Below, piece after piece: positions 25,388 through 32,117 of a DNA stretch of 32,117 nt. Made by a program: the position numbers and the translations under genes. The stretch lies in the IMG/VR virus record IMGVR_UViG_3300046779_000644, positions 1 through 32,117 of that record, one strand, 5' to 3'. The first letter of the stretch is position 1. Every line of letters begins with the position of its first letter. The DNA is from a virus. Lineage: Duplodnaviria; Caudoviricetes. Below the pieces are notes generated by a model that was given only the letters and a program-made list of their open reading frames with translations, was not told the DNA's origin and ran no database searches.

Positions 25388-26487
25388 TAAAATAAATCCA
25401 GTTTTTCCCAGGGTAAGTCAGGCTTACCAAAGTGACCATAGTTAGTAGTTGAACTATAGATAGGTCTGAACAAGTCAAATCTATCAATAATACCTTTCGG
25501 TGTTAAATCAACAACTTCTTGAATTTGTTTTGTTAACATACGACTTTGTGAAGTACTGTTAGTTTCAACATAAAAACTCATAGGTTGTGCCATACCAATT
25601 GCATAACTGATTTGTACTGTAGCCCAAGGTGCGTGTCCACTAGCTACGATATTCTTAGCAAGGTAACGCATCATATAAGCGGCACTGCGATCCACTTTAG
25701 TAGGATCTTTGCCACTGAAGGCTCCGCCACCATGAGGACTATAGCCACCGTAAGTATCAACAATAATCTTACGGCCAGTAAGCCCAGTGTCACCATCAGG
25801 ACCACCGATAACAAATCGACCAGTAGGGTTAATAAAGAATTCAGTTTCATTGTCTACAAATTGTTCTGGTAGTATTCCTCGAATGATATTCTCAACACCC
25901 ATTCTAACAGAATTGATATCGATACCTTCACTATGTTGTGTGCTACATACTACTTTACTGATACGCTTAGGTGTATTGTCATCATTATATTCAAATGTAA
26001 CTTGACTTTTAGCATCTGGTCCTAACCATTCAACCGACCCTGACTTACGAATCTGTGTTAGTTCTTCTACAATACGATGCGCCCAATAGATAGCTGAAGG
26101 CATATGTACATCTGTTTCATTGCATGCATAACCAAACATTAATCCTTGATCACCTGCACCGAATGTATCTGTGCCTAATGCAATATCAGCACTTTGACCA
26201 TGCAATAGATTGGTAATCTCTACAGTTCTCCAATCAAACCCTGATTGTTCATAACCTACATTTTTAATAACATTGCGGACAGCATTCTCTACTGCTTCGT
26301 TATGTAATACACCTTTGTATTCTCCTGCAACAATAACACGATTAGTTGTTACTAATGTTTCACATGCACATCGTAATGCTCGATCTTCATGTGTCATAAC
26401 TAAATCTAATACTGCATCGCTAATAGCGTCTGCAATTTTATCAGGGTGTCCCTCTGATACACTCTCACTTGTAAATAAATAACTCAT
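25387..26487 (-). CDS. metK: S-adenosylmethionine synthetase
   Basis: FTSESVSEGHPDK, GAGDQG, GLTGRKIIVDTYGG, GGGAFSGKDPTKVDRS, YGHFG. Confidence 0.98.
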   Translation of the reverse strand: MSYLFTSESVSEGHPDKIADAISDAVLDLVMTHEDRALRCACETLVTTNRVIVAGEYKGVLHNEAVENAVRNVIKNVGYEQSGFDWRTVEITNLLHGQSADIALGTDTFGAGDQGLMFGYACNETDVHMPSAIYWAHRIVEELTQIRKSGSVEWLGPDAKSQVTFEYNDDNTPKRISKVVCSTQHSEGIDINSVRMGVENIIRGILPEQFVDNETEFFINPTGRFVIGGPDGDTGLTGRKIIVDTYGGYSPHGGGAFSGKDPTKVDRSAAYMMRYLAKNIVASGHAPWATVQISYAIGMAQPMSFYVETNSTSQSRMLTKQIQEVVDLTPKGIIDRFDLFRPIYSSTTNYGHFGKPDLPWEKLDLF

Positions 26488-26502
26488 ATTTTCCTTTATA
26501 TT

Positions 26503-26685
26503 TTACCAACTCGATACATCAGTAATGTCTATCTTCATTGTGCTCTTGGGGTCGAATTCAATAGTGACATTAGGACCAATGCCGCTTGTTGATTCTTCTT
26601 TCCATACTACTCTGTCAAGGTCGTACATTTCAAACACTTCTTTTAATTTCTCAAATTGATTTCTTGTTATTACTATTTCTTTCAT
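26503..26685 (-). CDS. hypothetical protein
   Basis: Start MKEIV via TAATG overlap; SGIG..DITDVSSW. Confidence 0.75.
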   Translation of the reverse strand: MKEIVITRNQFEKLKEVFEMYDLDRVVWKEESTSGIGPNVTIEFDPKSTMKIDITDVSSW

Positions 26686-27533
26686 TATGTTCCCCACTCG
26701 TTCTTAAACAATGGCACTTGCAATCTATCACTATAACGCCAGCCACGATTCATTGCCGCAATCGCTACATTCTTAGCGTTCATATTATACAATGATTCAA
26801 CACCGCCACAAGGCATTAAGTATACAGGACCTCTGAATCCACCAGCACGAAACTCTTTAACTGCTTTCTCTGCTTCTTGGATATCTTCTTCACTTGCTAC
26901 AACAAACTTAAGATAGACAAAGCCAACACTTTCATATTGACGAACGATTTCAGGACAAATCGCTTCTTCCCACTTCTCTCCGCTGATACTTAGTTTAGGA
27001 CTGACACTGAATGTCAATGCGTTCTTTTCACGATGCATCTTCCATTTGTTTAGATACTCTTTGAACTCGTTACTCAATTCTTGTGTACCGTTAGTTTCAA
27101 ATGTAATCTCTTTCAAACTAGTCATCTTTGAGTTTGAAAGTAAGTCAGGATACGCTCTTTGCCATCCAAGAAGAGGTTCGCCACCTGTAATAACAAGGTG
27201 CTCATCCATCCAACGCTTGTGAGGAAGTATATCCATAATACTGTCAACAATAGAATCGGTAGCGATAACAGGACTAAGATGTTTGAAACGAGGGTCCCAA
27301 GATGCATAACTATCACATCCTGTACTGACAAGCGGTAAGGATTTATAATCTGTATAATCTTCTGCTTTAATCGCAATAACATCTCTCTCACTACTCAATT
27401 CTCCTTTAGGCATGCCGAAGCCGCCACATGTAAAGTTACATCCATATGTTCGTAAGAATACAGAGGGGACTCCCATGAATCGACCCTCACCTTGAATGCT
27501 GTAAAATAACTCTGATACTTTTAAATGACTCAT
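26685..27533 (-). CDS. queE: 7-carboxy-7-deazaguanine synthase (radical SAM)
   Basis: ELFYSIQGEG, FLRTYGCN, ITGGEP, FETNGT, SVSPK, RLQV. Confidence 0.93.
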   Translation of the reverse strand: MSHLKVSELFYSIQGEGRFMGVPSVFLRTYGCNFTCGGFGMPKGELSSERDVIAIKAEDYTDYKSLPLVSTGCDSYASWDPRFKHLSPVIATDSIVDSIMDILPHKRWMDEHLVITGGEPLLGWQRAYPDLLSNSKMTSLKEITFETNGTQELSNEFKEYLNKWKMHREKNALTFSVSPKLSISGEKWEEAICPEIVRQYESVGFVYLKFVVASEEDIQEAEKAVKEFRAGGFRGPVYLMPCGGVESLYNMNAKNVAIAAMNRGWRYSDRLQVPLFKNEWGT

Positions 27534-28696
27534 ATTTGTTCCGAAATAAGTTTTGCTGTGTATGGTGCTAATGTCCAGCCTAAGTGACCGTGTCCTGTAT
27601 TATAATATACTTTACTATTCTTGTCACTCTGTTTGGTAATAGGCATCATATTGGGAGTCATTGGTCTAAGACATGCCCAGCTACTATAGTCACTAGTATT
27701 CATATTTGGGAAATTTGTTCTTACCCAATCTAGTAACGGCTTAACTCTATCGTGTCTGATATCATAGTTCTCACCCGCAAGTTCAGCAGTACCTGCAACA
27801 CGGAAACGATTACCCAAACTACTGGTAACAATCTTTGCCTGATCATCTAGCAAACTAGTTACAGGTAAGTGTTTCTTAGGTACATTGTTGATAGTAATAC
27901 TATATCCTTTAACAGGATAGATATCCAGTGTATCGCCTACGCTCTTAGCGACTTTAACACTACCAACACCTGCTGAAACAACTACGGCATCATAGAATGA
28001 AACATCTTCAATGTGTTTGATTTCCCAATTGTAATTGAAAGTAACACCATACTTGTTTTTTAAAACTTTCTCAAGCTCAATACAAAATTTATGTATATCA
28101 CCTGTCCAGTCACTTAATGTCCATGCACCACCTACGATGCCACTTACATTTTCTAATTTACTTTCTAGTTCTTTGACTCTTTGCTTATCAATGATATCCC
28201 ACTCACATCCATTCTTACGATAGATTGATTGTGCTTGTTTAGCGGCTTCAAAATACTGCTCGTCTTTATAGAAATGTAGAATGCCTGATGGCGATTGGTC
28301 GAACGAAAGTTTTTCAGTGTAGATAATTTCTTTATATAACTTACTAGCCTCTAGACCCATCTTAATAGTTTCGCTAGTATTCTTTTCATACTGATTAGTA
28401 GCAGTATTATATAAAAACTTTGCGACCCACTTCCACTGCTTATAATCTAATCGAGGACGAATCAATAGTGGAGCATCTTTCTTAAAGAGCCATTTAATGC
28501 CCTTCTTGACATTACTCCAGGTAGTCCAAACTTCGCTGTTACTTACTGATATTTGTCCACCATTAGCGAAACTAGTTCGCATAGCAGGATGAGGTTCTTG
28601 TTCGTAAACAGTTACCTTATGTCCTGCTTTTGCTAAGTAGTACGCTGTTGTGATGCCTATGATGCCGGCACCGATCACTGCTACATTTTTACTCAT
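27530..28696 (-). CDS. dadA: FAD-dependent D-amino acid dehydrogenase-like oxidoreductase
   Basis: GAGIIG, TSFANGGQIS, YPVKGYS, RVAGTAE, LRPMTP, NTGHGHLGWT. Confidence 0.88.
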   Translation of the reverse strand: MSKNVAVIGAGIIGITTAYYLAKAGHKVTVYEQEPHPAMRTSFANGGQISVSNSEVWTTWSNVKKGIKWLFKKDAPLLIRPRLDYKQWKWVAKFLYNTATNQYEKNTSETIKMGLEASKLYKEIIYTEKLSFDQSPSGILHFYKDEQYFEAAKQAQSIYRKNGCEWDIIDKQRVKELESKLENVSGIVGGAWTLSDWTGDIHKFCIELEKVLKNKYGVTFNYNWEIKHIEDVSFYDAVVVSAGVGSVKVAKSVGDTLDIYPVKGYSITINNVPKKHLPVTSLLDDQAKIVTSSLGNRFRVAGTAELAGENYDIRHDRVKPLLDWVRTNFPNMNTSDYSSWACLRPMTPNMMPITKQSDKNSKVYYNTGHGHLGWTLAPYTAKLISEQI

Positions 28697-29175
28697 TCAA
28701 ACTCTCTATCTTCTCGGTGACCACCGCGACCTGCCATGTTACTATCAGTCTCACGCACTTCTACTCTACAGCACCATACACGCTTTGCTTCTTCACTACC
28801 ACAGTTGGGCAAGAAGATTGTGTTAATGTATTCGTATAAGAAGTCAGCAATACCTTCACAGCCTGTGCGTTCTACTTCTGTAATCTTTGCTAGTTTAAGT
28901 TCACCTAAACGCAATAGTTCATCACGCATTGGGTCATCTTGTGCAACTAGTAATGTATGATCGAACCATTCTTCTAGTTTGTCTTTGAGTGGGCGTAGTC
29001 CACCGAAGTCTGTTACCCAGTTACGGGCATCAAGTGTATCAGCTTCAAACTCAAAGTGAAAACTCATAGCATAGCCATGAATTAAGTTACAATGACTGTC
29101 AGCACGCCATTGACGATATGCGACAGGACCTATTTGTCTGTATGTTTTTGTTGAAAAGAATTTTTTGTTTGCCAT
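28693..29175 (-). CDS. queD: 6-carboxy-5,6,7,8-tetrahydropterin synthase
   Basis: CNLIHGY, DFG.L...L...FDH, VRET motifs of the T-fold QueD/PTPS family. Confidence 0.9.
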   Translation of the reverse strand: MANKKFFSTKTYRQIGPVAYRQWRADSHCNLIHGYAMSFHFEFEADTLDARNWVTDFGGLRPLKDKLEEWFDHTLLVAQDDPMRDELLRLGELKLAKITEVERTGCEGIADFLYEYINTIFLPNCGSEEAKRVWCCRVEVRETDSNMAGRGGHREDREFE

Positions 29176-29180
29176 GTTTT

Positions 29181-29245
29181 CTCCTATGTTATATTATAGC
29201 ATAGGAAGCAGAATTTGTATAGCGGGATGATTCCAAAAGGCCGCT
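29181..29245 (-). ncRNA. candidate preQ1-I-like riboswitch in queD leader
   Basis: P1 AGCGG/CCGCU, loop CCUUUUGGAAUCAUC, A-rich tail AUACAAAUUCUG complementary to loop, then hairpin UCCUAUG/CAUAGGA covering the SD. Confidence 0.5.
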
Positions 29246-29249
29246 GATC

Positions 29250-29723
29250 TTATTTATTAAGAGTGTTAATGATTTGGGCATCAGCTACCCTTTTTCTTAA
29301 ACTACTTGAACTGAATGAATGGTCACGCCCATTATATACGATTTCAATGTTTCTATAATAACATTCTTCACGACCTGAGAAGTCTTGGTCTTGATATTCA
29401 ACACCCAAAATACGCACATCAACGGGAAGAATAAGTAACAAGTCTCTTAGGTCGTTTTCAGTTTGGTAGACAACAACTTCATCAACATAACGGCAAGCAC
29501 TAAGTTGAATCTGTCTTTCTACGATACTTTGAATAGGTTTGTTCTTGGTATCAGGTCTATCAATAGTAGGATCAGTTTGCAAACCACAAATTAAATAATC
29601 ACAATGATTCTTTGCCTCACTTAACATAGCAACATGACCGGCATGTAACATGTCAAATGTACTGAAGGTAATGCCAATCTTTTTACCCTGTGCCTTTAGT
29701 TCTTTAATATGATTGAAAATCAT
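29250..29723 (-). CDS. cytidylyltransferase (TagD/glycerol-3-phosphate CT-like)
   Basis: FDMLHAGH (HxGH), YVDEV, SSSSLR; start MIFNH via ATGA overlap. Confidence 0.88.
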   Translation of the reverse strand: MIFNHIKELKAQGKKIGITFSTFDMLHAGHVAMLSEAKNHCDYLICGLQTDPTIDRPDTKNKPIQSIVERQIQLSACRYVDEVVVYQTENDLRDLLLILPVDVRILGVEYQDQDFSGREECYYRNIEIVYNGRDHSFSSSSLRKRVADAQIINTLNK

Positions 29724-29956
29724 TTTGAAAGTGTTCTCCACATTTTTGTTTGATCGTGTTCTTTTAAGAATTCTTCTTCACCTGCAAATGTAGGGCTGTC
29801 AGCCATAATCTCATCTAACAACCATTTTAACTTATGTAAATCTTTTTTGATTTCAAATTGATTGAATCCGTCATTATAGTTACTATGTAGTTCTACACCC
29901 GCAATGTAGATTTGATGGTGAACGCTATTGTAATCCATTGGTTTTCTAAATCCCAT
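29720..29956 (-). CDS. hypothetical protein
   Basis: Start MGFRKP via TAATG overlap; NDGF..IKKDL. Confidence 0.78.
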   Translation of the reverse strand: MGFRKPMDYNSVHHQIYIAGVELHSNYNDGFNQFEIKKDLHKLKWLLDEIMADSPTFAGEEEFLKEHDQTKMWRTLSK

Positions 29957-30174
29957 TATACAAATCTCCCTAATCCTAACCAAATTAATTGGTCTAGTTC
30001 TTTTTGATAGTCTAGCCCTAATCTACGCTTTTCGTAAATTGTCTGTAAAACTTCTGTGCCGTTGCCATACTCTATGACGCCAGAACCACGGCGCTCTAAT
30101 TCGTCAAGTAGTTCATCATCATCAAAATCATCTAAGTCTACTTCTACTTCAACTTCTTTATATACTAATGGCAT
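29956..30174 (-). CDS. acidic hypothetical protein
   Basis: VEVDLDDFDDDELLDELERRG. Confidence 0.78.
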   Translation of the reverse strand: MPLVYKEVEVEVDLDDFDDDELLDELERRGSGVIEYGNGTEVLQTIYEKRRLGLDYQKELDQLIWLGLGRFV

Positions 30175-30305
30175 TATTGATCCTTACAAGTGCAATTACG
30201 ACCCTGATTGCAGTTACCAGTGCAACTACTATTATTTGGCATTGTAGCAAACAATACTACAACACCTACAACTACTGCAATTGTGATTAGTAAAGTGAAA
30301 ATCAT
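30174..30305 (-). CDS. 43-aa TM peptide with Cys-rich tail
   Basis: MIFTLLITIAVVVGVVVLF...CTGNCNQGRNCTC; ATGA/TAATG overlaps. Confidence 0.7.
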   Translation of the reverse strand: MIFTLLITIAVVVGVVVLFATMPNNSSCTGNCNQGRNCTCKDQ

Positions 30306-30982
30306 TTGCAACCTTTGTTAGCAATTTGTAAGAACTCTTGTCGTGCCGCTGGATCTGTTTTGAAACCACCACCTAAGCGACAAGTAACAGTACTACTGCC
30401 TGTATCTTCTACACCACGTGATTTCACACAATAGTGTTGTGCATCAATCATAACTGCAACATCTTCTGTATCAAGGATAAACTGTAAGGTGTGAAATATT
30501 TGTTCAGTTAATCTTTCCTGTATTTGTGGACGTTTACTGAAATATTCTACAATACGGTTAATCTTACTAAGCCCTAAAACTTTCTGTTTAGGGACATAAG
30601 CTACAGTAGCCAATCCATCGATTACTACAAAATGATGTTCGCAGTTAGATTGAACATTAACATTACGCTCTACAACCATTTCGTTGTATTGCATCTTGTT
30701 GTCAACTGTTGTACATTTAGGGAATGCTTCATAATCTAAACCCCAGAAAATTTCATTGACATACATCTTAGCAACACGCTTGGGTGTTTCGATCAAACTG
30801 TCGTCTGTTAAATCTAAACCAAGATATTGCATAATAGCAGTGAAGTGTTCTTCAATGCGTTCAATCTTATCTTTTCTATCTAAGCTGTTTGGCAATGTAG
30901 GTGTTTCAACACCCATCTTAACTAAATGTTCGTGTACTTTTTGACCCAACTCTGGATCTGTTTTTGTTTTATTATAACTCAT
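30302..30982 (-). CDS. folE: GTP cyclohydrolase I
   Basis: ETPKRVAKMY, SNCEHH, GLSKINRIV, RPQIQERLT, HYCVKSRG; start MSYNK after AAGGAAGG. Confidence 0.97.
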   Translation of the reverse strand: MSYNKTKTDPELGQKVHEHLVKMGVETPTLPNSLDRKDKIERIEEHFTAIMQYLGLDLTDDSLIETPKRVAKMYVNEIFWGLDYEAFPKCTTVDNKMQYNEMVVERNVNVQSNCEHHFVVIDGLATVAYVPKQKVLGLSKINRIVEYFSKRPQIQERLTEQIFHTLQFILDTEDVAVMIDAQHYCVKSRGVEDTGSSTVTCRLGGGFKTDPAARQEFLQIANKGCK

Positions 30983-31042
30983 AGATAACCTTCCTTTATG
31001 ATGGTTTTGTTTTGACATTGTGCTACCGTTGTGTAGCACAAG

Positions 31043-31049
31043 TATTTAT
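31043..31049 (-). promoter_or_regulatory. late-promoter-like ATAAATA upstream of folE
   Basis: GATAAATACTTGTG, followed by a 9-bp hairpin. Confidence 0.55.
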
Positions 31050-31288
31050 CACTTTGACTTAACAACTGATTTTTTTGATTTAGCCTTAACTGCAGGCTTG
31101 ACTTCCTTCGTCACGGGCATAATACTTTCTGCTTTTAGTATAGCATTTCTTACTTCACTAACTAATGCGTCCCAGTCCCATTCTAGTTCTGTTTTACCAT
31201 CAGGATAGGTAGTCACAGTTAAGTGACTACCCTTAACTATGGTTGGCAATGAATTAACTTCTTCAAGTTGAATTTTCTTGCGAGCCAT
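31049..31288 (-). CDS. hypothetical protein
   Basis: KGSHL..DGKTELEWDWDAL; basic tail. Confidence 0.8.
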   Translation of the reverse strand: MARKKIQLEEVNSLPTIVKGSHLTVTTYPDGKTELEWDWDALVSEVRNAILKAESIMPVTKEVKPAVKAKSKKSVVKSK

Positions 31289-31290
31289 GA

Positions 31291-31485
31291 TTAAGCCTTA
31301 GCTTTTGCTTCTGCACGTGCGGCTTTTTCTGCTGTAATTTCATTACGGCGAGCCTTAACTGCTTTTGCTAATTCTGCAAGTGCTTTACGGGCACGAGTAC
31401 CTGCAGCCGCATTACCTTTGTTAAACTTATCGTTCTCAGCATTGTATGATGCCAAGCTTGTTTCAATATCATTTTGTGCGCTCAT
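31291..31485 (-). CDS. histone H1-like (Hc1 family) DNA-binding protein
   Basis: KGNAAAGTRARKAL.EL.K..K..R.EI signature; AGGAG SD. Confidence 0.8.
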   Translation of the reverse strand: MSAQNDIETSLASYNAENDKFNKGNAAAGTRARKALAELAKAVKARRNEITAEKAARAEAKAKA

Positions 31486-31508
31486 GTTTTCTCCTATTTG
31501 AAATGAAC

Positions 31509-31925
31509 TTATTCTGTATCACCAGAACCTACTACATTACCATCTTCATCTGATAATTCTAACGGACCTTGTAAGATGTATTCTGTATCATCATTACTCC
31601 ATCCTAATTCTTCCATGCCTTCATAGAATTCTTCTTCCCAGGCATTTTCAATTTCCTCTTGTTCTTCTTCACTCATGTCATCGGGATATTCCCACTCAAC
31701 CCAACACCCGTCATCAAGGCTTGCAAGTTCCCAATCATAGTCACTATCACTAAGATTATATTCATCAGGATTATCTAAATCAATCTCGGGCTGTTCATCA
31801 CTTTCGCAATAGAACTCTCCCCAACGATAACCTTCGTAGCGAATAACTGTTTTACCGTCTTTATACCAAAACTGTTTTTCAACTGCACTTTTCTTATGTA
31901 TTGTTTTTAATGTCCATGTTGCCAT
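31509..31925 (-). CDS. very acidic hypothetical protein (distant paralog of 3301-3786)
   Basis: Start MATWTL; KKS, YRWG, LDDGC, EEIE, GP. Confidence 0.8.
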   Translation of the reverse strand: MATWTLKTIHKKSAVEKQFWYKDGKTVIRYEGYRWGEFYCESDEQPEIDLDNPDEYNLSDSDYDWELASLDDGCWVEWEYPDDMSEEEQEEIENAWEEEFYEGMEELGWSNDDTEYILQGPLELSDEDGNVVGSGDTE

Positions 31926-31926
31926 T

Positions 31927-32117
31927 TTAGTATTTGCTTTCTCTAGTATGCTTGCGATAATCACTATCCATACGCAACCATTGTTGTCCATTACCTTCTA
32001 GGATATCGCAAATTCTATCGATTGTACCATCAGTCCAATCACTAATCTTACCTTGATTAACATGCGGCTGATGTAACATATTATACAACTTAATTGCCGC
32101 ATCGTCTACTGACCAGG
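31927..32117 (-). CDS. C-terminal fragment of upstream gene, possibly a glycosyltransferase
   Basis: Open frame ...WSVDDAAIKL...ISDWTDGTIDRICDILEG...ESKY*; function is tentative recall. Confidence 0.5.
   Translation of the reverse strand, partial: WSVDDAAIKLYNMLHQPHVNQGKISDWTDGTIDRICDILEGNGQQWLRMDSDYRKHTRESKY

Noticed and set aside
1-32117. Alternative genetic code (stop reassignment)
   Set aside because: Known enzymes are full length under the standard code and genes tile tightly with TAA/TGA overlaps
1-32117. tRNA, rRNA, intron or intein
   Set aside because: No cloverleaf/T-loop signature seen in the short intergenic gaps; ligase, rnh, metK and folE have normal lengths
22782-32117. Calling a complete dpd DNA-modification system
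   Set aside because: No DpdA/TGT or QueC in this window, so the end product cannot be assigned

Overview
A densely coding, AT-rich segment of a large lytic tailed-phage genome with T4-like gene content and promoter logic. A betaproteobacterial host is inferred only weakly, from the phasin-like and GNAT genes. Most genes are on the minus strand: an SPFH lipoprotein, many small paralogous genes behind repeated consensus sigma70 promoter cassettes, ATP-dependent DNA ligase, a putative PHA-granule module, a radical SAM enzyme, T4-type RNase H, a ParB-like/GIY-YIG-like cassette and UvsE. The last 9.3 kb is a metabolic cluster: folE, cytidylyltransferase, queD-dadA-queE, metK, glycosyltransferase(s), galE and an Hc1-like protein. 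One plus-strand four-gene operon (19403-22800) follows a late-promoter-like ATAAATA. Its products (basic DUF6321-like protein, GP88-like protein, Fe/Mn SOD, ParB-like+GNAT fusion) all begin with a leader resembling the T4 capsid-targeting sequence. Best candidates for novelty: (1) a preQ1-I-like pseudoknot plus SD-sequestering hairpin directly upstream of queD, i.e. a possible phage riboswitch on a deazaguanine pathway; (2) a putative virion-packaged, protease-processed enzyme cargo operon; (3) a deazaguanine/sugar/SAM cluster with a translationally coupled FAD oxidoreductase. All family assignments are from motif recognition by eye; no searches were run.
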